This document shows positions 38,797 through 48,720 of a stretch of 64,000 nt of DNA, one piece after another. Source of the stretch: Candidatus Poribacteria bacterium (lineage in GTDB: Bacteria > Poribacteria > WGA-4E > PCPOR2b); assembly GCA_965218095.1 (NCBI GenBank), contig OZ244587.1, positions 2,496,001 to 2,560,000 on the forward strand, given 5' to 3'. The position numbers and the translations under genes are program-made. The notes under the pieces are model-generated. The model was not told the DNA's origin, made no database searches, and saw only the letters and a program-made list of their open reading frames with translations. Position 1 is the stretch's first letter. Every line of letters starts with the position of its first letter.

Positions 38797-41388
38797 ATGT
38801 CAGATAAGGGCTCATCCGTATACATAAAAATGAGTAACGATTTAACCCATATTCGCCAAACAATCGAAACAATTCTCCGTTGCAACCTCTCTGAAGCAAT
38901 TGGTCTCCCAGACAAAATGGAAGCTGAGAAAATAGTTCAGCGATTTCTCCATGCTGTCTCAGATCGAATGGGTGGGCGATCAGATCTGGTTCACAAGGAT
39001 TTGGAGCAACTGTCTCGCCAGATCGACCCACAGTGGGTCATCCTAGCAGCCGGCAAAGGAACCCGCATTGATCCGTCCAGCCGTCTGAACAAAAACTTAG
39101 ACCTATGGTTTGGTGAGCGGAATACTCTACAACTGTCCCGAAGCTACCTACCGGGAAGTCGTCCGCACATCATTGTCGTCAATCCCCAAATGGCGGCGCG
39201 CGTAGCGAAAACAGATATCCCTTCAAGTGGCGTCATCCTCCCTTCAGCACTTAATCCAGAAGAAACCAATCGACTGTTTGGACCAAACGTCATCCTGTGT
39301 GTACAACCCGAGCATCCTTACGGCACAGGTGCCGCGCTACGGGTTGCGTTGCCAGCGGTTGCCGAATCTGACGCAGAATGTATCGGTGTTGCCTTCGGCG
39401 ATGAGCCATTTCTGAATCAAGCCATCTTCGTGGGTATACTCCTGTCACACTTTACTGTCGGTGCGGATATTACCCTCTGTGGCAAAATTCCAGATACCGT
39501 CGTCGACAAAGGAGGGTTATTCTTTGACGATGAGGGAGAGTTCATCGGCACAAAGGAGTGGTACGACATGACCGATGTGGAGAAAGAGGCGATGTGGCGG
39601 CGACTGGAGCGCGGGGAAGCCTACACCAATACCGGTATCACCTTGATCCGCCGTGATGCAGCGATCGCCCGGATAAATCGATTGGAACCCCACGGGGATA
39701 ATTCGGAGCTCCATCATGTCGATCTCATCCGCCACTGCTATGAAGACGGCTTGAAAACCAACGCTTATATCCATCGAAGTGAAATTATCTCTGGCATCAA
39801 TCGCTGGTCAAACGTCCTCACTGGCGAAGAATACCTATTTGCAGATGCCAAGAAAAAACTAATCCAGAAAGGGATTCGGGTCGATCCGGCGGCACAGATC
39901 ACGTTGGCAAATGACGATATTGAGATCGGTCACGGATGCTACCTTTTAGGGCGTATTCATCTCGGCGGCAGGATACAGATTGGGAACTACTGTCGTCTCG
40001 AAAACGTTGTGTTGCGAGGAAATACCACTGTCGGTGACCGTGTTGGTTTGAAAGACGTGACCGCAACGGACACAGTCTTTGAGTCAAACTCGCTTTCGAC
40101 CGAAATCGCTGTGCCGATTACGGGCTTGGCAGTTGGCAGCTCTATCAAAAGCAGCCAATTCGATCGTGTGAAAGTCGGGGGTTCGACAAGCATCGAGTCC
40201 GTTGTTGCAAGGGCAACGGTGATTCCCGCAGAACTCTCCATAAGGGGCAAACAATTAGGCATCCCCGCCAGATCTACTAATCATGTAATACGCGACACAC
40301 AATCCGTTTCAAGCCAAATCTTGCAGACCGTCTTGGATCAACTGGTCTCCCCCGGCTATAGACCCGGTGTATTCACTTTCGGCGAAAAGCGTGGTTTGCC
40401 AGACTGGGAAAACCTCCGCCGGCATGTGAGTTCGCATTCGGAACGCGAATTGATTGAACGTGCCACCCGCAACCCGACATTACGTCAAGCTGCAATCAAT
40501 GCCGTTGAAGAACTGCTGGAGTTGCGGCAATCTAACGGTGCACATGTCATTGATGATTTGACGCCCGAAGAACTTTGGGGAAGCATCTTCCAAATTGTTA
40601 CGCTCTCTACGGGAAATCCAGATCCATATCGCAGGGACAAACTCAGTGCTAGACAAACAGCGATTAACCTACTCATCCAATTTTCAGATTGCGATTGGCT
40701 GGAGCGACTGAAACTGGTCATCGCCGCTAATATCATCGATTACAGTAGTGCAAGGGTTGTGGCGAAACTTCGAGAGAATCCAGATTACTTCAACCTTGTA
40801 TTGCGAGAGGCGATTCATGCATCCTTGGCGATTGATTGCTTTGACCAATTTCGGGCACGGGTAATTGAAGATGAACCAAAAAGGCTCCTCTGGCTTATCG
40901 ATAACGATGGTGAGTCGGTCTTTGATCTGTGGTTTATAGAGTCCCTCGCCGATTGTGGCCATCAGATTACGATTGTTGGCAAAGCGGAACCCGCAACTAA
41001 CGACGCAACGCTCGATGATTTACGAGAACTCACTGCACATCCGTATTTCCAAAAACTCCGGGAGCAGATTGCCGTTGGTGATATGCGTTTAATCTCATCG
41101 GGCTCAAACACCGTTGGGACCAATCTCTATCAAGCAACAGGAGAATTTGCGAATGCACTCCTTGATGTGGATCTCGTAATTTCAAAGGGACAGGGGAATC
41201 TCTTTACAACGTTGGGGTTAAAAAAGGACACGTTCTACCTACTGCTCTCCAAAGGGGTGACGGCGGAGCGTTTGACCGGGGTTGTCCCGAATCAGAATCA
41301 GGTGATTGATGGGTTGATTTTGGCGTATGTGCCGGGCGGAACACGGTTGAATCAGACACTCAAGAAATTTTGCACGAGGGATGATTGA
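38797..41388 (+). CDS. GlmU-like nucleotidyltransferase + left-handed beta-helix + DUF89 (ARMT1-like) phosphatase fusion
   Basis: ILAAGKGTR, QP...GTG.A, GDEP, GIN; hexapeptide repeats; DPY..K, ANIIDY, DNDGE, NDAT, ISKGQGN. Confidence 0.85.
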   Translation: MSDKGSSVYIKMSNDLTHIRQTIETILRCNLSEAIGLPDKMEAEKIVQRFLHAVSDRMGGRSDLVHKDLEQLSRQIDPQWVILAAGKGTRIDPSSRLNKNLDLWFGERNTLQLSRSYLPGSRPHIIVVNPQMAARVAKTDIPSSGVILPSALNPEETNRLFGPNVILCVQPEHPYGTGAALRVALPAVAESDAECIGVAFGDEPFLNQAIFVGILLSHFTVGADITLCGKIPDTVVDKGGLFFDDEGEFIGTKEWYDMTDVEKEAMWRRLERGEAYTNTGITLIRRDAAIARINRLEPHGDNSELHHVDLIRHCYEDGLKTNAYIHRSEIISGINRWSNVLTGEEYLFADAKKKLIQKGIRVDPAAQITLANDDIEIGHGCYLLGRIHLGGRIQIGNYCRLENVVLRGNTTVGDRVGLKDVTATDTVFESNSLSTEIAVPITGLAVGSSIKSSQFDRVKVGGSTSIESVVARATVIPAELSIRGKQLGIPARSTNHVIRDTQSVSSQILQTVLDQLVSPGYRPGVFTFGEKRGLPDWENLRRHVSSHSERELIERATRNPTLRQAAINAVEELLELRQSNGAHVIDDLTPEELWGSIFQIVTLSTGNPDPYRRDKLSARQTAINLLIQFSDCDWLERLKLVIAANIIDYSSARVVAKLRENPDYFNLVLREAIHASLAIDCFDQFRARVIEDEPKRLLWLIDNDGESVFDLWFIESLADCGHQITIVGKAEPATNDATLDDLRELTAHPYFQKLREQIAVGDMRLISSGSNTVGTNLYQATGEFANALLDVDLVISKGQGNLFTTLGLKKDTFYLLLSKGVTAERLTGVVPNQNQVIDGLILAYVPGGTRLNQTLKKFCTRDD

Positions 41389-41820
41389 GGGGGCCGAGCT
41401 TTTAAAAGCCTAATGCACTCATAGTGAAACTTTAGTGAGGAGTGTATTATTTGGGAGCGATAGCGTCCTACTTTTAGTTTAGGCAAATCGTTCAAGCGTG
41501 AGATAGCTGCGTTACCAAGGGAAGGAAGCGAGTAGATGTCATTTGAGGTTGATAATGTTTGCATTTTGGGGGACCATGAATAACATAACCCGTCGATTTA
41601 ATCCACAGGAATGACACGTTGAATTGCTTTGGGTGGAGAAAACGCGGTCTAAATCGTTGGTCGGGGATCGTGAAGTGGAGATTATGCGTCCAGACTAGGT
41701 AATTGAGAGGATAGCTGCGATGAAAGGGTGGCGAATGCGTTTGGTGAGTGATATAAAAAGATTTATTCCGTTTAGGTCCTAGGTTTTAGGATCGTGTTAT
41801 AGGAGGTCTCTATGTTACTT

Positions 41821-42929
41821 GAGGGGTGTGCATAGTAGTTCATTGGAAAACAGCCGCCATATGAGAGATATTGCGAGCAGGTAACTTCCATATGGCATTG
41901 GCAATCATAGCCACTTGCACTGATAACACCCCGATAGCTAAACAACAGCGTACATTGAAAAACCCCTTGACCGGTAACTGCTTCTGTTGAGGAGTGGTGC
42001 CTATCACTTTAGCAATCAAGTCAAACAACGGTTCAACCGAACTGCGACGTTTGCTTAAACAGAGACGCTGCTTGGGTTGGTTGATAAATCGATGATACGC
42101 CTTGGCAAACCGTCCCTTTGTCCATCTAAGTGCCGGGGTAATCAAAGCGACTTGTGCCTTCGCCCAACGACGGATACGGTCTGCTTGGGTATAGGCATCA
42201 TCGGCAGTGAGTGTCTGCGGTGAAAGTTGTGTCAGAATCTCAGACGCTTTAGCATCTATCGCCCAACTTTCGGAGACCGACGCACGGTGCACAGTTATCA
42301 GTGTTGGGAACGCACCTTGTGTGCAGATAATGTGAAGTCCGTAGCCATAGACCCAGCCATGATAACCACTCTTGCTCCACGTGGCATCGGTGTCGAGGTT
42401 GCGTAGATGTTTAGGTGCTTTTCCTGCTTTGCGGTCAGTTTGATGCCAGACGGGTCCTCGTGCCTTAAATAAACTTTTGTCGGCTACCAGATGAGCCAAG
42501 TTGAATTGTTGGGACAAGTCAGTGGCATACTGACCGATAAACAATACAAATGCCTCTATCACTTCATATAATGCCTTATAGCGACGTGCAATCGTGGTTC
42601 GATGAGGGGGCTGTTGCCACCCCAGCATTTGTAACACTTCTGGGTGATTGATTAGCCACCGCCATTGCGTTTTGAAGCCATAGATGCCGTGAAACTGCAT
42701 CAACATGAAGAAAATGATAAACGAGGTGGTTGAATATGTCAATGGTTTTGCGTGTGTGACACCTGGTTTGTCAATACGGTGTTGCATAAACTGCTCAAAG
42801 AGTTGCATAATAAGAGTGACATAATCAGCCAACATTGGTCTTTGTACCATATTGGGGCTCCTTTTGCTATGATAACAATAGGAAACCCTTTTGGCTTGAT
42901 TATGTCAACTATATTTATGCACACCCCTC
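41821..42929 (-). mobile_element. IS with GAGGGGTGTGCATA TIRs and 9-bp TSD ATGTTACTT
   Basis: TIRs at 41821 and ending 42929; TSD at 41812-41820 and 42930-42938. Confidence 0.92.
41840..42850 (-). CDS. DDE transposase (DDE_Tnp_1; IS5/IS982-like)
   Basis: VADKS, DTDATW, GWVYGYGLH, TADDAY, KRRSSVEPLF. Confidence 0.88.
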   Translation of the reverse strand: MVQRPMLADYVTLIMQLFEQFMQHRIDKPGVTHAKPLTYSTTSFIIFFMLMQFHGIYGFKTQWRWLINHPEVLQMLGWQQPPHRTTIARRYKALYEVIEAFVLFIGQYATDLSQQFNLAHLVADKSLFKARGPVWHQTDRKAGKAPKHLRNLDTDATWSKSGYHGWVYGYGLHIICTQGAFPTLITVHRASVSESWAIDAKASEILTQLSPQTLTADDAYTQADRIRRWAKAQVALITPALRWTKGRFAKAYHRFINQPKQRLCLSKRRSSVEPLFDLIAKVIGTTPQQKQLPVKGFFNVRCCLAIGVLSVQVAMIANAIWKLPARNISHMAAVFQ

Positions 42930-43444
42930 ATGTTACTTAGAATTGTTTTTATTGTATGCATTGTAACCTGTTTGCTTGTGACGATAGGAACGTTTGTCAT
43001 CGCCTAGCAGACCGAAAAGCCTAATGACAAGAAATTTACTGTTTCGGTCAGTGCGAATGACGATAAGGTGAACAAACAGGCAGAAAGCTATATCAAGCGA
43101 GAACTTCGGAGTTTGGGAGACGTAAAAGTTGCTGATTATGGTGAATGGAGGCTCCAAATTCTGGCAATGGAGGACATAGTGGGAAGTGGTAGGAAGGTTG
43201 GATATACTTTAGCGGTTGTAGTTACACGCAGTGCAATCGTGTTAGCATCGGACGCGCTAAAGGAGTGGAAATCTAACACAGGCTTGTCGGTTGATTCGGA
43301 AAACGACGTCTATGCACACCTCCTCCTGAAGCTATTGAATGAGTATATTTATGAGAGGCTTTACGTCTATGCGCGTGGCGATACTCCTGGTAATGATTTG
43401 AGAGACAGTTGTGAAGCGGCTGTTACCAAGTTTGATATTAATTA

Positions 43445-44368
43445 ACCCAAGTTGCGACCTATTCATCGAATATGTGAGTGAACTCAGAGCTGATTGATAC
43501 TGCTAGCCAATACAAACAAGACCACTTTCAATTCAAATCCGTGTTGCGTTACTGCATAGATTGAACGTGGAAGCAGTTTGTTAATCAAACTGCCAGCCGT
43601 CTCAACAGACTTACGATGGTAATTAGCCAAGTAGGTCTCCCATGGTGGATACAGCCGCTTGGAATTCTTCTTGCGTACTGGCTTTAATTCGACTCCGACT
43701 GATGTAACAATATCTTCTATCTCATAATTATTGTATGCTTTGTCACCATAGCCCGGTGGCAAGTCGAAGTCAAACCACTGTAACCCTTCAACGTCCCCTG
43801 TACTGGCTGGGGTCACAAAAAATTCAACAGGGTGTCGACTCGCAGTCACTAGCAGATGAACTTTCAAGCCATAGAAATACCGACGTTTGGACGCTTGATA
43901 GCCTCGATATGCCTTATCGGTATAGATTTTTGACCGACGAATGCGGAACAAACAGCAATTGGTATGGTATCCAGTGCATAGATTTTCTGTTGATTAAGTT
44001 GCACATAGCTTCGTCCCAAGATTTTGAACAATGTGGTGAACATCGGTTTAATTCGATGAAGTCGTCGGTTGAATCGACTTTTTGAAAGCATCTTGGGTAT
44101 ATAGCCATGAGTCTTTAGAAAGTCACAAGTGGTTTGCAAGTTTGCCCCGAAGAACAACGCAGCGACGATGCCGGTGGTCATCACTTCGGCATCAGACATC
44201 TGCGTTTGTGGGTGTGGTTTTGAGTTGAGTGCTTCTAAGAGCTTGTCACAGAGATAGAAAATGGTTGCAATTTGGATGTCCATGGGTTTCTCCTTTGAGG
44301 TATTATGGTTTGGATTACCTCTACTTTAACGGAAAACCCATGGATTTTCAATTACTAGCAACTTGGGT
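43445..44368 (-). mobile_element. IS982-family element with 9-bp TSD TATTAATTA
   Basis: TIRs ACCCAAGTTGC / GCAACTTGGGT; TSD at 43436-43444 and 44369-44377. Confidence 0.92.
43484..44283 (-). pseudogene. IS982-family transposase, frameshifted near 43950
   Basis: MSDAEVMT, SRFNRR, ALDTIPIAVC, then a second frame with YFYGLKVH, YGDKAY, RKSVET. Confidence 0.88.
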
Positions 44369-44398
44369 TATTAATTACCTTGAGCCGAGGAGGTCAAA

Positions 44399-44650
44399 AT
44401 GAATAAGGATACACGAGGGAAGGATAAAACATCAAAACAGAAATATGTATGGATTGCTTTTACTTGCTCGGTTATAGTTCCTAGGGCAGGACAGTTTTAT
44501 AATGGGCACTATGGCAGATGCACCATTTTCCTTGTGTTATTTCTTATCGGCTTTCCGTTCCATCTCGATGTGAATTTCGTTGTAAGGTATGGCGGGTGGC
44601 TCTGTTCAATAATTGAAGCCACTGTTTCTGCTTACAGAACGAATTATTAA
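44399..44650 (+). CDS. Small membrane protein (TM2/DUF5683-like)
   Basis: GGAGG RBS; SVIVPRAGQFYNG, hydrophobic segments, SIIEA. Confidence 0.55.
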   Translation: MNKDTRGKDKTSKQKYVWIAFTCSVIVPRAGQFYNGHYGRCTIFLVLFLIGFPFHLDVNFVVRYGGWLCSIIEATVSAYRTNY

Positions 44651-44758
44651 GTGAATAATGTCCATAACCGCAATTATCGGATAACAATCGAGAGTGGCGA
44701 AACTTCAAGAGATGGGAATTTGAGATAAACTAAACTATGGGATAGGAGATTTGTAACC

Positions 44759-45046
44759 ATGAGTAGATTACCCAAAATTGTCCGCAATCTCGCCGAAGAC
44801 AATTATTTGATTTACGAGTCTATAAAAAGAATGGCAGGAAAAACCATTAAAAAAGTACGCTATGGCACACGCGAAAGTATCAAAGGGGTACATGAAAGCG
44901 AAGTTTTGCATATCGAGTTTACGGATGGTGAGATTCTTGCCATAGATACAGGTTCAAATTTAATCGAGTTTCAATCAAAAATGAAGCCGGAGAATATTCA
45001 TATAGATTTCATGTTTACATGGGAACCCGAAACACCCAGTAGTTAG
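44759..45046 (+). CDS. Hypothetical protein
   Basis: AGGAG RBS and ATG; 95 aa ORF. Confidence 0.55.
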   Translation: MSRLPKIVRNLAEDNYLIYESIKRMAGKTIKKVRYGTRESIKGVHESEVLHIEFTDGEILAIDTGSNLIEFQSKMKPENIHIDFMFTWEPETPSS

Positions 45047-45218
45047 CTGTAGTTGTTTTGCAAATCATTATAGAAATGATAATTAAACTTATTGGATATT
45101 ATTGCCACTTTTGGCACAAAACGCAAAAATCAAACCCTGTATTCATGCGGGTCGCACCCAGAGAAAACTCTAAAAAATATGTCCGATAAGAAAATCGAAC
45201 TAGTCAGGAGGGGTAAGC

Positions 45219-45718
45219 ATGATTTATTTCATCTAAGAGGGAGAAAACGGTCCAATCAAGATAGGGTATTCAAACGATCCAGAACAGCGACTAGGCAAAC
45301 TTCAGGAAGGCAATCCTGAACCACTCAAGCTGATTGCAGTTATCCCCGGTGGTCGCGGGGAGAAAAGGCTATCCATAGAGATCTTCAGGTTTTTTGCTGT
45401 CGCGGTGAATGGTTTCATCCAAATAGAGAAGTTTTTGATTACATAGAAAGGGTTAAACAGGTTGATTATGAGTATGTTGATGGCGCGCTAGTCGCAATCC
45501 TCTGGCGCAGACACAATCATGGGCAGACCGCTTACTGTCCTTTCTGCGGAGTGCCACATCTCCATGAGGGGGAAGATGGTCATTACGAGGTAGCAGTAGC
45601 CTGTCAGCTATATTGGCGGAGGCCCTCCTTACATTTGTTGGCGTGTGATGGAACGGTCATAAAGCAGGCTGATGGGTACATCATTCGTACTGACAAGAAC
45701 CTTCCGATGGGGTTTTAG
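45219..45718 (+). pseudogene. T5orf172-type GIY-YIG nuclease with a C-terminal CxxC/His segment; nonsense codon and frameshift
   Basis: MIYFI*EGENGPIKIGYSNDPEQRL..LQEGNP.PL, frameshift, EKAIH...RGEWF...CPFCGVPHLH. Confidence 0.75.
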
Positions 45719-45829
45719 TCATGAAAACTCTCTATTTTTATCATGACTCACTTGCTTAAATTACCTTTCAGTTGGCAGTTCCAGCCGTGGAAGCCTACCT
45801 GAGTCATGGATGATGAAAGAAGATGAGCG

Positions 45830-46272
45830 GTGACAGCAATATACCGAATCTGGAATACGCGAAACGGCAAATCATATATCGGACAATCCAATTGTCCGTA
45901 TCACCGAATCCTAGAACATTTGATGCCCAATAGTTCAAAGGGCAACTCTGCAATCCATGCTGACCTGCTCAATTATCCGTCTGATTCGTGGCAGTGGGAG
46001 ATTATAGCCGATACTGGTGGTGAAAAGGCTTATAATCTTTGGTATATCAGCCTTTCTCAACTTGAGCGCCAATTTATCCATCAGTTTGACTCGGTTCGCA
46101 ATGGATATAACATTGTTGAAGGAAGTCCTGTGAACTACAGCCAAACACTTGATGAACCATATCTTTCATGGGGCATAAAAACTTTTCACCGTTCAGAGAT
46201 GCAACAAGTGATTTACAACGCTATTGAACGGCAGCAATTAGAGGAACAACGACAGCGGGATGTCAGCTACTT
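45830..46272 (+). pseudogene. GIY-YIG endonuclease truncated by an IS
   Basis: AIYRIWN..NGKSYIGQS....RI.EH...E..FI..FDS..NGYN; frame runs into the IS end. Confidence 0.8.
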
Positions 46273-47377
46273 GAGGGGTGCTCATAAGTCCCCTTATCGA
46301 AAGAGTGTAATCAGATGTGTTACATTTCTCAGGGGTCTTCCCCAAATAGAATTGACTAACATAGCCAGTTGCAGTAAAACCACCCCCAGCATCAAAAAGG
46401 TAGAGACATTCGCTTTTCGACTCACCGGCAATTGCTTATGATTGGTATGGGTCGATAGTAATTGGCTCAACAATCCAAAGATAGGTTCAATAGCAACCTT
46501 GCGCTTGTGTTGATAGGTCTGCAACTGCGCCGATTGATTCACCGCTTCAACATAACGCCGTGCCCGCTGACTCTTTGCGCCTCTGACGGGAGTGATTAGC
46601 AACAGTCCCTGGTTCGCCAAGTGTTGGGTACGTTTCAAGTCGGTATAGCCGGCATCAGCGACTAAATACCCGATGTTCTGTTCAAGCAGTGTGTCGAGTT
46701 GTCGGTCAAGGACGGCTTTTTCACTCACACACGCGGTGTCAATGGCACTCATACGAGGCAATCCCTCTATAGAGACGGTCAGATGAAGCCCATAGCCGTA
46801 AACCCAACCGTGATAGTGACTCTTTGACCAACTGGCGTCTGTGTCAATGGCACGGATGCCAGTTGGGATGCGATTGGCATTTCTATCCTTCTGATGCCAG
46901 ACGCTTCCTTTTGCCTTAAACAGACTTTTGTCTTGGTAAACCACCTCTGGAGGTGAGTCAGGTATCAAAGTCATTCCCACATCACCGAGATACCCGATGA
47001 ACGCCTCTAGCTGGTAAGCGAGTTGTTTGTAGCGTCGGCAAAGGGTTGCCCGAGACGGAACACATGCCAGTTTAAGACGACACAGCCACTGCGGGTGTAG
47101 CTTGAGCCATCTGTGTTGTGCCTTAAAGCGATGGAGGCCTTTGAGCGTTAAGATGGCAAAAAGGACAATCAAGCAGTCGTCTGTATACGATTTCGGACGT
47201 CCATGGCTCTCAGGTGGCGGTGCATGGCTGGAAGCGTTGAAATGGTCAAGTTGTTCAAACAAAAATGTGATATAATACGTACTGTCAGGATAACCCATGT
47301 TATAATCCTCTCTTTCTTGCACGTTAGATTAGATTATAACCGTTATCCTGACTCAAGTCTACTTATGAGCACCCCTC
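46273..47377 (-). mobile_element. IS with 17-bp TIRs GAGGGGTGCTCATAAGT, no TSD
   Basis: Perfect TIRs at 46273-46289 and 47361-47377; flanks do not match each other. Confidence 0.9.
46294..47322 (-). CDS. DDE transposase related to 41840..42850
   Basis: YQDKSLFKAKG.VWHQ, DTDASWSKS.YHGWVYGYGLH, VADAGY, KRKVAIEPIF. Confidence 0.88.
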   Translation of the reverse strand: MQEREDYNMGYPDSTYYITFLFEQLDHFNASSHAPPPESHGRPKSYTDDCLIVLFAILTLKGLHRFKAQHRWLKLHPQWLCRLKLACVPSRATLCRRYKQLAYQLEAFIGYLGDVGMTLIPDSPPEVVYQDKSLFKAKGSVWHQKDRNANRIPTGIRAIDTDASWSKSHYHGWVYGYGLHLTVSIEGLPRMSAIDTACVSEKAVLDRQLDTLLEQNIGYLVADAGYTDLKRTQHLANQGLLLITPVRGAKSQRARRYVEAVNQSAQLQTYQHKRKVAIEPIFGLLSQLLSTHTNHKQLPVSRKANVSTFLMLGVVLLQLAMLVNSIWGRPLRNVTHLITLFR

Positions 47378-47622
47378 AGTTAAGTGAGGAGGAAAACTAC
47401 TATTACCAGGGGAGTTTAAAAGAGGCTCGGGATCGTTACGCTGAAGAGGAAACAGCTCGCATTCTGGGCAGAGAGGAAGGTAGAGAAGAAGGGGTGACGA
47501 TTGAGGAAAAGAGAAAGGCAGTCGAAATCGCGCAACAGCAGATGCCGTTGGAAACCATTCTGCAACTCACTGGATTAACGGCGGAAGAACTTCAACCCTT
47601 CTTATCTGCTGCACAAAATTGA
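47378..47622 (+). pseudogene. C-terminal remnant of an Rpn-family (PD-(D/E)XK) nuclease
   Basis: LSEEE..YY..SLK..RD...GREEGREEG...EIA...MPLETI.QLTGL..EE. Confidence 0.75.
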
Positions 47623-47706
47623 TTCCCTACAGAGGATACGAATAATACAGATGTATCGAAATCAAGTGTCTTTGATATGCCCTTTTTCGTCAGAAAGAGA
47701 ACCAAA

Positions 47707-48609
47707 ATGCCACACTTTGTCGAACTCCAACCGCAACATCTAGGCGAATTGGCTGACTTTTGCAACCGAAACTTTGCATTTCATCAGGGACAATTTGAAA
47801 AGGAGATCCTGCAAAATCGGATTTTCGATGACCCGGATTATCGACCGGAACACGCCTTTCTCCTGCGCGAAAAAGGGAAAACAATCGGTTTTATGATTGG
47901 TGTGCTGCGTGGATATGACGCATGGCTGAAGCTCTTTGCTATTGATTGGGAGCATCGTCGATCAGGATTTGGGAGCATCATGTTGGCAGAGATGGAAGAT
48001 CTGGTTCGATCTGATGGCGCAGAGCAAATTCATATCTTGAATTCCTCGCCGTACTATTTCATGCCCGGCCTGGACGTGCGCTACACGGAGGCGTTGTGCT
48101 TTTTCCAATCACACGGCTACACTTTTGAGCGCTACGTCCACAACATGGTGGTGGATCTCACGGCGGATGATTTTGATACTACGCAGACAGAATCGAAGCT
48201 GGCGAGAGCGGGCATCAAGATCCGACGCTTAAAGCGCGAGGAGGAACAGATATTTTACGAATGGATGTCGGGGACCTGGAGCAAAAACTGGACGACGGAA
48301 TCGTGCAATTCGCTGAAAAACACCCCGGTGACCACCTTTATTGCACTCGATCGGGATGGAAATATCTGTGGCTTCGCCTCTTACGATGTGACGATGTTTC
48401 CCGGTGGATTTGGCCCCACGGGGGTGGAAGAACGGATGCGCGGCTTGGGAATCGGAAAAATCCTCTTCTTCCGTTGCCTCCACGATATGAAAGACCAGGG
48501 CTATCCGCGTTGTGAGATCGGGTGGGTCGGACCGATTTCCTTTTACGCCCACACCGCTGGCGCGAGAATATGTGCGACGTTTATGCAAGGAAGCAAGCCG
48601 GGTATATAG
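47707..48609 (+). CDS. Tandem-GNAT N-acetyltransferase
   Basis: Two acetyl-CoA motifs, HRRSGFG and FGPTGV...RGLGIG; IGWVGP..FY. Confidence 0.88.
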   Translation: MPHFVELQPQHLGELADFCNRNFAFHQGQFEKEILQNRIFDDPDYRPEHAFLLREKGKTIGFMIGVLRGYDAWLKLFAIDWEHRRSGFGSIMLAEMEDLVRSDGAEQIHILNSSPYYFMPGLDVRYTEALCFFQSHGYTFERYVHNMVVDLTADDFDTTQTESKLARAGIKIRRLKREEEQIFYEWMSGTWSKNWTTESCNSLKNTPVTTFIALDRDGNICGFASYDVTMFPGGFGPTGVEERMRGLGIGKILFFRCLHDMKDQGYPRCEIGWVGPISFYAHTAGARICATFMQGSKPGI

Positions 48610-48643
48610 GGAGCAATTGCTGACGCAATATCATCGGCGTTGG

Positions 48644-48720
48644 CTCATGTCAAAAATAAGTGCAAAGAAACCGAGTTTCTCAGAGAAACTCGGTTTCTTT
48701 GCACGATTTCTTAACTTGTC
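48644..48720. repeat. MITE-like shell around a 45-bp palindrome with perfect 22-bp arms
   Basis: GTGCAAAGAAACCGAGTTTCTC-A-GAGAAACTCGGTTTCTTTGCAC (48660-48704); outer ends match the 604-744 element. Confidence 0.7.

Larger units (their letters stand above)
42930..44402 (+). pseudogene. Exported hypothetical protein disrupted by two IS insertions and a TAG
   Basis: RBS AGGAGG and ATG at the first TSD; signal peptide MLLRIVFIV...; TAG at 43005; removing the IS982 restores ...KFDINYLEPRRSK*. Confidence 0.75.

Noticed and set aside
41821-47377. Composite transposon formed by the two GAGGGGTG elements
   Set aside because: The two ISs are divergent, the first has its own TSD, and there is no duplication around the whole span
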